Below the pieces are notes generated by a model. That model had not been told where the DNA came from. It ran no database searches and worked only from the letters and a program-made list of their open reading frames with translations. Of a DNA stretch of 64,000 nucleotides, positions 14,005-34,225 are shown piece by piece. The position numbers were made by a program, and so were the translations under genes. Numbering within the stretch: position 1 is the first letter of the stretch; each line of letters opens with the position of its first letter. The DNA is from Williopsis jadinii (lineage: Eukaryota), in contig AP024664.1 in NCBI GenBank assembly GCA_024346625.1, forward strand, positions 2,108,001 to 2,172,000, in the 5' to 3' direction.

Positions 14005-14140
14005 TTTTTCGGTCCGTGCAGCACAACAAAAAAGGGACGCAAAGATGAAAAATTTTTCCGGTCCGTGCAGCACAACAAAAAAGCGACGCAAACATGGAAA
14101 AAATTTTCCGGTGTGAGCAACAGTGAAAAATTTTTCATTT
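14005..14140. repeat. Duplicated ~40-bp element (CGGTCCGTGCAGCACAACAAAAAAG.GACGCAAA) with GAAAAATTTTTC-type palindromes upstream of the Pol I promoter
   Basis: Two copies about 49 bp apart; present in every unit that has a promoter. Confidence 0.85.
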
Positions 14141-14404
14141 TAGGGCAACCGTCGATGGATTTGGTTTTCAGTCCACCCTCTCGTCGATTGTTAGAGAGGT
14201 TTGTTCTTCTTACACTTTATACATCAACACCTACAAATGAATTTTTCAACAGGGCGCAACCCAACCAAAAAGGTGGGCATCTACTGGAAACATCTATTGT
14301 AGACAGTCCATATAGACCAAGTCTTGTAGTTAGATTTTCAAGATCGCGCGCCACATCACTAAAATTGAAGATTTCCATGGAACCCCCATGGAACTCCCAT
14401 ATGG

Positions 14405-15000
14405 AATCCCTATAGATTTTTATGGATGCGAATAACATCACCAAAATTTAACCTCTATAGAACTACATCAACAAAAATTAAATACCCCTTGGAAGTATAG
14501 ATTTTTATGGAAGCGAGCCGCGCACTACATCAACAAAAATTAAATACCCCTTGGAAGTATAGATTTTTATGGAAGCGAGTAACTTCACCAAAATTTAACC
14601 TCTATAGATTTTTTTTGGGCCGCGCACTACATCAACAAAAATTAAATACCCCTTGGAAGTATAGATTTTTATGGAAGCGAGTAACTTCACCAAAATTTAA
14701 CCTCTATGGATTTTTTGGGCCGCGCACTACATCAACAAAAATTAAATACCCCTTGAAAGTATAGATTTTCATGGAAGCGAGTAACTTCACCAAAATTTAA
14801 CCTCTATAGATTTTTTGGGCCGCGCACTACATCAACAAAAATTAAATACCCCTTGGAAGTATAGATTTTCATGGATGCGAATAACTTCACCAAAGTTTAA
14901 CCTCTATAGATTTTTTGGGCCGCGCACTACATCAACAAAAATTAAATACCCCTTGAAAGTATAGATTTTCATGGATGCGAATAACTTCAGGAAAAATTAA
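14405..15000. repeat. IGS2 ~100-102-bp AT-rich tandem repeats, about 5-6 copies (two truncated here)
   Basis: AACTTCA(C/G) recurs at 14581, 14683, 14783, 14883, 14983. Confidence 0.93.
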
Positions 15001-15006
15001 AGACCT

Positions 15007-15452
15007 TCATAGTGGAACCCCATAGTTAACGCCCATAGTTAACTCCCAGTTTGTTTTTCGGGAACGGGCAACACCACCTACCATCCCCGTAGTTAACCAC
15101 CTATAGTGGAACTCCCATAGTTAACCACCTATAGTGAAGCTCCCATAGTAGAGATCCCATAGTTAAGTCTCATAGTGAATCTCCCATAGTTAAGCTCCCA
15201 TAGTTAAGCTCCATAGTTAAGCTCCCATAGTTAAGCTCCCATAGTTAAGCTCCCATAGTTAACGCCCATAGTAAACTCTCATAGTTAAGCTCCCATAGTT
15301 AAGCTCCCATAGTTAAGCGCCCATAGTTAAGCTCCCATAGTTAAGCTCTCATTTTGTTTTTCGGGAGCGGGCAACACCACCAAAATTTATAGTGTCCCAT
15401 AGTTAAGCGCCCATAGTTAAGCGCCCATAGTTAAGCGCCCATAGTTAAGCCC
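15007..15452. repeat. 14-bp minisatellite (CTCCCATAGTTAAG / CGCCCATAGTTAAG) interrupted by TTTGTTTTTCGGGA.CGGGCAACACC
   Basis: Direct reading. Confidence 0.93.
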
Positions 15453-16574
15453 CCACTTTGTTTTTCGGGAACGGGCAACACCCCGGAAAGCCAGATCCGA
15501 CCACCCCAACACTTGTAACAGCCAGCGCACTCCCAGCACAAACGCCATAAACACCACAACAAGCCCAATGGTTCAAACCACGCTCCAACCTCCCGATCCA
15601 TACCAAAAACTCCCCAAACATATCGCCCCCATCCCAAAATATCCAATTATATGCCCCCCACCTGCCCCCACCACCCTGCCAAAACATCCAAACATTTCAT
15701 CCAAACACCCAAACATCCTTACACCAAAAAGCCATTTTATACACCCTTTAAACGCAAATTGCACCACCACGCGCGATGAATTTGACCGATCTAATAAGCC
15801 AAGGTGGTGTAACTGACACAGTACTATCATCTTGCATCATCTCTGGTTAATTCCGGTTGCTCGGCGGCACCCAAAAATCAACATTTATGCATGTAATTTT
15901 GTACTTATACCTCCTGAACAATGGGCAAAGTGCACCCATCCATGGCTGTTGGACCATAGGTACTACTCCTGAAGGTGAATATATGACCCAAGTTTGGCCA
16001 TGAAAGACCCACTTTTGATAAAGTTGGAACAAACCGGGGTTCGCCGAGAAAATGCAGGTTGCCCTCTAAAAACCATGTTTTGCTTTCCAGGGAGATGGGC
16101 ACCCATAAACCGGGAAACAACTTAAACCCAGTGGTAAGTTCTGGAGCGTAGCTATCCAGTAGTGGTGTTTATAGCTCGAAAGCTCTGCTAGTTCCCGAGT
16201 TATGGGATTATATAGTATATATTAATTTAGGATATCTCCGAGAATAGGTGAGTCTTTTTCGGATTATAAAATTTGGGTAGATGTTAACAGTAAAATAATG
16301 GAATGAAAAACCCAAATGGTGGAAATACCAGGGTATTTTGGTCTCATTGGAAAGGCGTGAATTTTGTGAGCGTGGAACAGTGATTTTGGTTGTGGTAGGA
16401 TGTGTGTGTGGAGTTCTGGAAGCATTTAAGTGTTGCGGATATTAGAGGATGTGTCAAACTCCGGGCCCCACATGGGGGTGGTTGATCCCGAATTGCGCCA
16501 ATTTACTGCTGGACACCAAGCTGGCGGGGCCACTTTACCTGGATCGGAGCTAATGCCTGAACCGGTGGCCACCG

Positions 16575-18390
16575 CGTGGGCGTTTTCTCGCCGCTGAATT
16601 TGCGAAAAAAAAACTTTTCCCTGAATGAACATCAAGGGGGTAGAGGGTAAACAAAGGGGCGCTGGTTGGACATCTTCTACACATCTATGTATTGGAAACA
16701 TGCTGGACAGAACCTAGAGGCCACGATACATCCACCAGGCTATCGCTAGAGGCTTATGTTTGCCGCGTGGAGGCCCCGTCGACGTTTTCTCGCCGCTGAA
16801 ACAACATCAAGTGGACACCGTGTAAACAACGAGGCCACCAATGGACATCTTCCACACATCTACATGCTGGACACGTGCCAAACAGACACTGGAGACCACG
16901 CTCCACCCACCAGGCTCTCGCTAGAGGCTTATGTTTGCCCCGTGAACATCCTGTGGACATCAACACGCCGCTGAAACATCATCAAGCGGGCGGGGGGTAA
17001 ACAAAGAGGCGACCAATGGACATTCAATGGAAATCTACACACTGGGAATACGCTAGACCATCCCTAGAGGCCACGATACATCCACCAGGCTCTTGATAGA
17101 GGCCTGCGGATGCCTGGTGGCAACGCCGTCGACGTTTTCTCGCCGCTGAATCAACACCAAATGGACAGCGGGTAAACAATCAGGCCACCAATGGACATTC
17201 AACGGATACCTACACACTGGACACATGCCAAACAGACACTGGAGACCACGATACATCGACTAGACGTTCGCTAGAGGCTTATGGTTGCCCCGTGGACATC
17301 CTGTGGACATCAACTCACTGCTGAAACATCATCAAGTGGACACGGTGTAAACAACAAGGCCACCGATGGACACCAATTGGACAACTACATGCTGGACACA
17401 TGCCAAACAGACGCTAGAGACCACGATACATCCACCAGGCTATCGCTAGAGGTCTGTGGATGCCTGGTGGACATCCTGTGGACATCAACTCGCCGCTGAA
17501 TCATCACCAAGTGGGCGGCGGTTAAACAACGAGGCCACCAATGGACATTCAATGAACAACTACATGCTGGGAATACCTTGGACAGACGCTAGAGACCACG
17601 ATACATCCACCAGGCTATCGCTAGAGGTCTGTGGATGCCTGGTGGCCACCACGTCGACGTTTTCTCGCCGCTGAATCATCATCAAGTGGACACCGTGTAA
17701 ACAACAAGGCCACCAATGGACACTCAATGGACATCTACACACTGGGAATACCCTGGACAGACGCTGGAGACCACGATACATCCACCAGGCTCTTGCTAGA
17801 GGTCTGTGGATGCCCCGTGAACATCATCTCGCCGCTGAATCAACACCAAGTGGACAGCGGGTCAACAACCAAACACTTATTGGACATGCAATGGACATCT
17901 ACAAGCTGGGAACACACTGGAGACCACGATCCATCCACCAGGCTCCCGTTGGAGGCCCCTAGAGGCCCCCATCAACGCTCGCTGCCGCTGAATCATCACC
18001 AAGTGGACACGGAGTAAACAATCAAGACACCCAATGGACATCTTCTACACACTACTGCTGGGAATACCCTGGACAGACCCTGGAGACCACGATATAGCCA
18101 CCGGACGCCCCTAGAGGCCTATGGACGCCCGCTGGACATCCCGTGGACATCCCTGGACATCCATGGACATCAACTCACCCCTGAATCAACACCAAATGGA
18201 CCCCGAGTAAACAATCAGACACCCAATGGACATCTTCCACACATCCTGTAAACATGCTAGACCCACCTTGGAGGCCCCCTGGAGGTCCCCTGGAGGCCCG
18301 CTGGCCACCCGTGGACATCAACTCACCGCTGGTTCACTCCTGAATCATCACCAAATGACCGCCCGCTGGACACCCAGGCCCCCAATGGAC
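16575..18390. repeat. IGS2 ~175-bp sub-repeat array, about 10 copies (variant B)
   Basis: Same unit as 3915-5920, with different diagnostic bases. Confidence 0.92.
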
Positions 18391-18615
18391 ACTCACTACA
18401 CACCTGCTACACGTCCACGTACGACGCGCCCTATAGCTCCCGCTATAGACAGCCCCCTGGATGCCCTGGGCCCGCTGGACCTTACCCCTACACCCACCTG
18501 CTACATCTACACAGTGCTTAGTAAGCGGTGTCTTAGTAAGCGGTTCTTAGTAAGCTGCTTAGTAAGCGGTGTAAGCAGTGTAAGCAGTGTAACCTCCCCC
18601 GCGCGCTTCCATTTC

Positions 18616-18736
18616 GGTTGCGGCCATATCTAGCAGAAAGCACCGTTTCCCGTCCGATCAACTGTAGTTAAGCTGCTAAGAGCCTGATCGAGTAGTGTAG
18701 TGGGTGACCATACGCGAAACTCAGGTGCTGCAATCT
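18616..18736 (+). rRNA. RDN5: 5S rRNA
   Basis: Matches 6151-6271. Confidence 0.98.
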
Positions 18737-19330
18737 TTTTTTTACCCAAGTTGGGTAACCGGCTTCCCAAAAGGGGCAGTCTACCCGGTGTCCCAAAAGG
18801 GGTAGTCTACCCGGCTGGTGGCCGTGGCCTACACCAGCCCTAACACCATCCACGTGACCCGCCCGGTGACTGCACACCCTTACACCACACACACCACCCG
18901 CACACCACTCACGTGACCCACGTGACCACCCAACACCACCCAAAACTATATAAACCCCCCTCCCCCCCCGTCAACCACCACCACCACCCACCCATCTACA
19001 CACATATATATACCTATATACGGGGGCGGAACCGGATACCCCTAGTTTTTTTAAATCATTATGACCATCCCGCAGCGGCGCAGGCGCGGAGGGATGGTCG
19101 CACTTCTCGCAAAATTAGAAAATCCTCGCCAGCGCTCGTAACCGGAAATTCCCACTGCCTGGGGGATCCCCATACTAACGGTTTTGGTAAAATCCCACTT
19201 TGGGGCCACATTCCCATTTCCCGTGGTTGTCGTTGTGGGAATCTGTTGGTGTAGCCATAGGTTGGTCTTGGTCTGGTCTGGGTGTCTTTCCTAAGTGTTT
19301 GGACTTGGTGTCTGTGGTGCCCCAGTGTGG

Positions 19331-19530
19331 ACCCGCCTAACATTTTAAGCCCATCCCGCCTAGCATTTTAGGCTGACCACCCGCCTAGCATTTTAGGCTG
19401 ACCACCCGCCTAGCTTTCTAGGCTTATCCCACCCGCCTAGCTTTTTAGGCTGACCACCCGCCTAGCTTTCTAGGCTTATCCCACCCGCCTAGCTTTTTAG
19501 GCTGACCACCCGCCTAACTTTTTTAAGCCC
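19331..19530. repeat. IGS1 25/29-bp tandem repeats
   Basis: Copy of 6866-7065. Confidence 0.92.
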
Positions 19531-19847
19531 AGCCTGGAAGCCCAGCCCAGCCTAGCCGGTGGAAACCCCCTCCCCTCACGAAAAACAAAAATTCCTCCTG
19601 GGAGCTCTGGTGAAAAATTAAAAAAAATTCAACCACTCACACCAACTGTTACCCTACCGTCATAAAACCTCAGAGACCATCTTCATCACAACACCCACAC
19701 ACCCCGTGACAAAAAAGCAAAAACTACACCACTCACACCAAAGATTACCCTACCGTCACCAAAACAAATACACAGTCGCCTACGGCAACTGTGTGACACT
19801 CTATCCCCAGCTGGCACCCGCCAGCAAAAAATAGAGTTGCCGAAACA

Positions 19848-23233
<3,386 letters not shown>

Positions 23234-23409
23234 TTAGAAAGGTTGTTCAGCCGAGCTCTGCCTGGAAGTCTGTCTGGAAAATAACGAGTTGGTAGAACCT
23301 AATACATTATTTCGGCCCAGAGGATTTCTAGGGGGAGCTCTGCCTAGAGTATTTCAAGTTAACACAGAGTATCACTCAATACCAAGTCCCCTAGAGGATC
23401 TTGAGAGAG

Positions 23410-23567
23410 AAATGACGCTCAAACAGGCATGCTCTCTGGAATGCCAGAGAGCGCAATATGCGTTCAAAGATTCGATGATTCACGAAAACCTGCAATTCAC
23501 ATTACGTATCGCATTTCGCTGCGTTCTTCATCGTTGCGAGAACCAAGAGATCCGTTGTTGAAAGTTT
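23410..23567 (-). rRNA. RDN58: 5.8S rRNA
   Basis: Copy of 10945-11102. Confidence 0.98.
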
Positions 23568-23707
23568 TGAAGATTAAAATTCAAATTGACTAGTTTCTAG
23601 AGAAAATAAATTTCTGTGTTTAAAACCTTTGGCAGAGCCAAAGCAAAAGAAGCAAAATACACTGTGTATTGGTTGGAGCCGCGCTAGAAGCGCAGGCCCA
23701 GGTTCTC

Positions 23708-23765
<58 letters not shown>

Positions 23766-23849
23766 AATGACCAAGTTTGACTAGATTCTCGGCTCCAGGC
23801 AGGAGTCGCCTCCCGCCATAAGCCAATCCTGAAGCCTCACTAAGCCATT

Positions 23850-23895
<46 letters not shown>

Positions 23896-24334
23896 ATCAA
23901 CGCAAGCTGATGACTTGCGCTTACTAGGAATTCCTCGTTGAAGAGCAATAATTGCAATGCTCTATCCCCAGCACGACGGAGTTTCACAAGATTACCCATG
24001 ACCTCTCGGCCAAGGCTAGACTCGCTGGCTCCGTCAGTGTAGCGCGCGTGCGGCCCAGAACGTCTAAGGGCATCACAGACCTGTTATTGCCTCAAACTTC
24101 CATCGACTTGAAATCGATAGTCCCTCTAAGAAGCGTCAGCACCAGCAAAAGCTAGTCGCGCTATTTAGTAGGTTAAGGTCTCGTTCGTTATCGCAATTAA
24201 GCAGACAAATCACTCCACCAACTAAGAACGGCCATGCACCACCACCCACAAAATCAAGAAAGAGCTCTCAATCTGTCAATCCTTATTGTGTCTGGACCTG
24301 GTGAGTTTCCCCGTGTTGAGTCAAATTAAGCCGC

Positions 24335-24403
<69 letters not shown>

Positions 24404-25497
24404 AGAACCCAAAGACTTTGATTTCTCGTAAGGTGCCGAGTGAGTCATTATAAAAACAACACCCGATCCCTAGTCGGCATAGTTTATGGTTAAGACTACG
24501 ACGGTATCTGATCATCTTCGATCCCCTAACTTTCGTTCTTGATTAATGAAAACGTCCTTGGCAAATGCTTTCGCAGTAGTTAGTCTTCAGTAAATCCAAG
24601 AATTTCACCTCTGACAACTGAATACTGATGCCCCCGACCGTCCCTATTAATCATTACGATGGTCCTAGAAACCAACAAAATAGAACCAAACGTCCTATTC
24701 TATTATTCCATGCTAATATATTCGAGCAAAGGCCTGCTTTGAACACTCTAATTTTTTCAAAGTAAAAGTCCTGGTTCGCCTCTCCAGAGGGGAGGGTAGC
24801 CAGAAGGAAAGGCCCGGCAGGGTCAGTACTCGCCAAAAAGCGGACCGGCCTGCCAGGCCCAAAGTTCAACTACGAGCTTTTTAACTGCAACAACTTTAAT
24901 ATACGCTATTGGAGCTGGAATTACCGCGGCTGCTGGCACCAGACTTGCCCTCCAATTGTTCCTCGTTAAGGTATTTACATTTACTCATTCCAATTACAAG
25001 ACCCAGAAGGGCCCTGTATCGTTATTTATTGTCACTACCTCCCTGAATTAGGATTGGGTAATTTGCGCGCCTGCTGCCTTCCTTGGATGTGGTAGCCGTT
25101 TCTCAGGCTCCCTCTCCGGAATCGAACCCTTATTCCCCGTTACCCGTTGCCACCATGGTAGGCCACTATCCTACCATCGACAGTTGATAGGGCAGAAATT
25201 TGAATGAACCATCGCCGGCGTAAAGCCATGCGATTCGACAAGTTATTATGAATCATCAAAGAGCCCGAGGGCATTGATTTTTTATCTAATAAATACACCC
25301 CTCCCAAGCAGTCGGGGTTTTTAGCATGTATTAGCTCTAGAATTACCACGGTTATCCAAGTAGTAAGGTACTATCAAATAAACTATAACTGATTTAATGA
25401 GCCATTCGCAGTTTCACTGTATAAATTGCTTATACTTAGACATGCATGGCTTAATCTTTGAGACAAGCATATGACTACTGGCAGGATCAACCAGATA
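23708..25497 (-). rRNA. RDN18: 18S rRNA
   Basis: Copy of 11243-13033 with a 1-nt deletion near 24981. Confidence 0.98.
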
Positions 25498-26200
25498 ACT
25501 ATCCTTTGGTTAGGGGGTGTCGTCTAGGCGGAGCTGACTAGGCCGGTGTGCCTACGCTGCCTAGAGCCGGGTCCGCCCCCGTTTCCAGCGGGAGAAGTTC
25601 TCCCTGAAGATATTATGTGGTAAAGCAGTAGTTCGTTAGAACTACTGGTGCTTGCCCCCAGCCTGGAGAACCCAGGCAGGGAACAGAACACATCCATATA
25701 GCCCTCTTTAAATTTCCTCTAGCACAGGCTCCGCTAAACTCCAGTGCCGTGTTTCATGCGTCCCGGGTTTAGCATCACTGGCTTGAGAGGAGGTCACGCC
25801 GCCTGGACTCACGTATCGCTACGGTTATCCAGGCAGGTATGCCCCCAGGATTCTAGTTACAACACTTGCCATAGGCTAGTAGTCCACTAAATCCCTCAGT
25901 GCCCGCCCGTGGAAGAACTCCCAGACGGGACTGCTCAGGCGTAGGCCGAAAAACATCAAAAGAAAAAGGATCCCCCCCTATGGTCTCTCCCTAAACCCAG
26001 AACGGGCAAAGAAGGTGTTGTTGATGGAAGGAGAGTCTCCCTTCACTTACCGAATGCCCAACGAACCCATCCCCGCCCATGTCGACACGGTGTACAAGGC
26101 AAGCACAGTCTGGCGACCACACTAGCACCTTCACCACCGTCCAACAAGGCCTGTGGGCCACTCCAGACGACTTTTTCAAATCGTCCAAACGCTCCCACAT
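25498..26200 (-). other. 5'ETS; predicted Pol I start at 26200
   Basis: Same start context as 13736. Confidence 0.8.
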
Positions 26201-26869
26201 GTAGTACCTCCGAGCCTCTTTCATCTTTGGAAGACTGATCAGGTGTGGACTTGTGTTTTCTGGATTTTGAATTCTTCAATCGTCTGTAGTCTCAGAGCTA
26301 TACCAACGCCGTCTACCGCCTGCATATACCCTGCGTCAATGTTTTGGGTTCGCCTCATACATTTTGGATTTTCAAGATTTCGGCCACGCGTTTTTGGGAC
26401 AGGCCACATATTTTGTTGTTGGCCGTCCCGAAATTGAGATTCGGTTTCAGAGTGTTCCGGAAGTGAGATTTTTCGGTCCGTGCAGCACAACAAAAAAGGG
26501 ACGCAAAGATGAAAAATTTTTCCGGTCCGTGCAGCACAACAAAAAAGCGACGCAAACATGGAAAAAATTTTCCGGTGTGAGCAACAGTGAAAAATTTTTC
26601 ATTTTAGGGCAACCGTCGATGGATTTGGTTTTCAGTCCACCCTCTCGTCGATTGTTAGAGAGGTTTGTTCTTCTTACACTTTATACATCAACACCTACAA
26701 ATGAATTTTTCAACAGGGCGCAACCCAACCAAAAAGGTGGGCATCTACTGGAAACATCTATTGTAGACAGTCCATATAGACCAAGTCTTGTAGTTAGATT
26801 TTCAAGATCGCGCGCCACATCACTAAAATTGAAGATTTCCATGGAACCCCCATGGAACTCCCATATGGA

Positions 26870-27420
26870 ATCCCTATAGATTTTTATGGATGCGAATAAC
26901 ATCACCAAAATTTAACCTCTATAGATTTTTTTTGGGCCGCGCACTACATCAACAAAAATTAAATACCCCTTGGAAGTATAGATTTTTATGGAAGCGAGTA
27001 ACTTCACCAAAATTTAACCTCTATAGATTTTTTTTGGGCCGCGCACTACATCAACAAAAATTAAATACCCCTTGGAAGTATAGATTTTTATGGAAGCGAG
27101 TAACTTCACCAAAATTTAACCTCTATGGATTTTTTGGGCCGCGCACTACATCAACAAAAATTAAATACCCCTTGAAAGTATAGATTTTCATGGAAGCGAG
27201 TAACTTCACCAAAATTTAACCTCTATAGATTTTTTGGGCCGCGCACTACATCAACAAAAATTAAATACCCCTTGGAAGTATAGATTTTCATGGATGCGAA
27301 TAACTTCACCAAAGTTTAACCTCTATAGATTTTTTGGGCCGCGCACTACATCAACAAAAATTAAATACCCCTTGAAAGTATAGATTTTCATGGATGCGAA
27401 TAACTTCAGGAAAAATTAAA
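26870..27420. repeat. IGS2 ~100-bp tandem repeats, about 5 copies
   Basis: Same family as 14405-15000. Confidence 0.92.
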
Positions 27421-27425
27421 GACCT

Positions 27426-28006
27426 TCATAGTGGAACCCCATAGTTAACGCCCATAGTTAACTCCCAGTTTGTTTTTCGGGAACGGGCAACACCACCTAC
27501 CATCCCCGTAGTTAACCACCTATAGTGGAACTCCCATAGTTAACCACCTATAGTGAAGCTCCCATAGTAGAGCATAGTTAAGTCTCATAGTGAATCTCCC
27601 ATAGTTAAGCGCCCATAGTTAAGCGCCCATATAAGCCCCCCCGTAGTTAACCACCTATAGTGGAACTCCCATAGTTAACCACCTATAGTGAAGCTCCCAT
27701 AGTAGAGATCCCATAGTTAAGTCTCATAGTGAATCTCCCATAGTTAAGCTCCCATAGTTAAGCTCCATAGTTAAGCTCCCATAGTTAAGCTCCCATAGTT
27801 AAGCTCCCATAGTTAACGCCCATAGTAAACTCTCATAGTTAAGCTCCCATAGTTAAGCTCCCATAGTTAAGCGCCCATAGTTAAGCTCCCATAGTTAAGC
27901 TCTCATTTTGTTTTTCGGGAGCGGGCAACACCACCAAAATTTATAGTGTCCCATAGTTAAGCGCCCATAGTTAAGCGCCCATAGTTAAGCGCCCATAGTT
28001 AAGCCC
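27426..28006. repeat. 14-bp minisatellite, longest variant (internal ~135-bp duplication)
   Basis: Direct reading; the CCGTAGTTAACCACCTATAGTGG block occurs twice. Confidence 0.9.
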
Positions 28007-29129
28007 CCACTTTGTTTTTCGGGAACGGGCAACACCCCGGAAAGCCAGATCCGACCACCCCAACACTTGTAACAGCCAGCGCACTCCCAGCACAAACGCC
28101 ATAAACACCACAACAAGCCCAATGGTTCAAACCACGCTCCAACCTCCCGATCCATACCAAAAACTCCCCAAACATATCGCCCCCATCCCAAAATATCCAA
28201 TTATATGCCCCCCACCTGCCCCCACCACCCTGCCAAAACATCCAAACATTTCATCCAAACACCCAAACATCCTTACACCAAAAAGCCATTTTATACACCC
28301 TTTAAACGCAAATTGCACCACCACGCGCGATGAATTTGACCGATCTAATAAGCCAAGGTGGTGTAACTGACACAGTACTATCATCTTGCATCATCTCTGG
28401 TTAATTCCGGTTGCTCGGCGGCACCCAAAAATCAACATTTATGCATGTAATTTTGTACTTATACCTCCTGAACAATGGGCAAAGTGCACCCATCCATGGC
28501 TGTTGGACCATAGGTACTACTCCTGAAGGTGAATATATGACCCAAGTTTGGCCATGAAAGACCCACTTTTGATAAAGTTGGAACAAACCGGGGTTCGCCG
28601 AGAAAATGCAGGTTGCCCTCTAAAAACCATGTTTTGCTTTCCAGGGAGATGGGCACCCATAAACCGGGAAACAACTTAAACCCAGTGGTAAGTTCTGGAG
28701 CGTAGCTATCCAGTAGTGGTGTTTATAGCTCGAAAGCTCTGCTAGTTCCCGAGTTATGGGATTATATAGTATATATTAATTTAGGATATCTCCGAGAATA
28801 GGTGAGTCTTTTTCGGATTATAAAATTTGGGTAGATGTTAACAGTAAAATAATGGAATGAAAAACCCAAATGGTGGAAATACCAGGGTATTTTGGTCTCA
28901 TTGGAAAGGCGTGAATTTTGTGAGCGTGGAACAGTGATTTTGGTTGTGGTAGGATGTGTGTGTGGAGTTCTGGAAGCATTTAAGTGTTGCGGATATTAGA
29001 GGATGTGTCAAACTCCGGGCCCCACATGGGGGTGGTTGATCCCGAATTGCGCCAATTTACTGCTGGACACCAAGCTGGCGGGGCCACTTTACCTGGATCG
29101 GAGCTAATGCCTGAACCGGTGGCCACCGC

Positions 29130-30173
29130 GTGGGCGTTTTCTCGCCGCTGAATTTGCGAAAAAAAACTTTTCCCTGAATGAACATCAAGGGGGTAGAGGG
29201 TAAACAAAGGGGCGCTGGTTGGACATCTTCTACACATCTATGTATTGGAAACATGCTGGACAGAACCTAGAGGCCACGATACATCCACCAGGCTATCGCT
29301 AGAGGCTTATGTTTGCCGCGTGGAGGCCCCGTCGACGTTTTCTCGCCGCTGAAACAACATCAAGTGGACACCGTGTAAACAACGAGGCCACCAATGGACA
29401 TCTTCCACACATCTACATGCTGGACACGTGCCAAACAGACACTGGAGACCACGCTCCACCCACCAGGCTCTCGCTAGAGGCTTATGTTTGCCCCGTGAAC
29501 ATCCTGTGGACATCAACACGCCGCTGAAACATCATCAAGCGGGCGGGGGGTAAACAAAGATCTACACACTGGGAATACGCTAGACCATCCCTAGAGGCCA
29601 CGATACATCCACCAGGCTCTTGAGAGAGGCCTGCGGATGCCTGGTGGCAACGCCGTCGACGTTTTCTCGCCGCTGAATCAACACCAAATGGACAGCGGGT
29701 AAACAATCAGGCCACCAATGGACATTCAACGGATACCTACACACTGGACACATGCCAAACAGACACTGGAGACCACGATACATCGACTAGACGTTCGCTA
29801 GAGGCTTATGGTTGCCCCGTGGACATCCTGTGGACATCAACTCACTGCTGAAACATCATCAAGTGGACACGGTGTAAACAACAAGGCCACCGATAGACAC
29901 CAATTGGACAACTACATGCTGGACACATGCCAAACAGACGCTAGAGACCACGATACATCCACCAGGCTATCGCTAGAGGTCTGTGGATGCCTGGTGGACA
30001 TCCTGTGGACATCAACTCGCCGCTGAAACATCATCAAGTGGGCGGCGGGTAAACAACAAGCCATCTATTGGACATTCAATGGACATCAACGCACTGGGAA
30101 TACCTTGGACAGACGCTAGAGACCACGATACATCCACCAGGCTGTCGCTAGAGGTCTGTGGATGCCTGGTGGC
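29130..30173. repeat. IGS2 ~175-bp sub-repeat array, cut off by the inversion junction
   Basis: Ends GGATGCCTGGTGGC at 30173. Confidence 0.92.
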
Positions 30174-30297
30174 TTGAAATACTCTAGGCAGAGCTCCCCC
30201 TAGAAATCCTCTGGGCCGAAATAATGTATTAGGTTCTACCAACTCGTTATTTTCCAGACAGACTTCCAGGCAGAGCTCGGCTGAACAACCTTTCTAA

Positions 30298-33681
<3,384 letters not shown>

Positions 33682-34000
33682 TGTTTCGGCAACTCTATTT
33701 TTTGCTGGCGGGTGCCAGCTGGGGATAGAGTGTCACACAGTTGCCGTAGGCGACTGTGTATTTGTTTTGGTGACGGTAGGGTAATCTTTGGTGTGAGTGG
33801 TGTAGTTTTTGCTTTTTTGTCACGGGGTGTGTGGGTGTTGTGATGAAGATGGTCTCTGAGGTTTTATGACGGTAGGGTAACAGTTGGTGGGAGTGGTTGA
33901 ATTTTTTTTAATTTTTCACCAGAGCTCCCAGGAGGAATTTTTGTTTTTCGTGAGGGGAGGGGGTTTCCACCGGCTAGGCTGGGCTGGGCTTCCAGGCTGG

Positions 34001-34225
34001 GCTTAAAAAAGTTAGGCGGGTGGTCAGCCTAAAAAGCTAGGCGGGTGGGATAAGCATAGAAAGCTAGGCGGGTGGTCAGCCTAAAAAGCTAGGCGGGTGG
34101 GATAAGCCTAGAAAGCTAGGCGGGTGGTCAGCCTAAAATGCTAGGCGGGTGGTCAGCCTAAAATGCTAGGCGGGTGGTCAGCCTAAAATGCTAGGCGGGA
34201 TGGGCTTAAAATGTTAGGCGGGTCC
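34001..34225. repeat. IGS1 25/29-bp repeats, one extra 25-bp unit
   Basis: This interval is 25 bp longer than in the other units. Confidence 0.9.

Noticed and set aside
13527..14444. 171-aa ORF 13900-14415 and neighbours over the Pol I promoter region
   Set aside because: Mostly non-ATG starts, overlap with the promoter and duplicated elements, and no protein-like features.
14405..15452. Repeat arrays as CRISPR-like repeat-spacer structures
   Set aside because: Eukaryotic rDNA spacer; units are tandem with no unique spacers and there are no cas genes.
16190..16320. AT-rich patch as the rDNA ARS
   Set aside because: I saw no convincing WTTTAYRTTTW match, and the origin motif of this lineage cannot be inferred from sequence alone.
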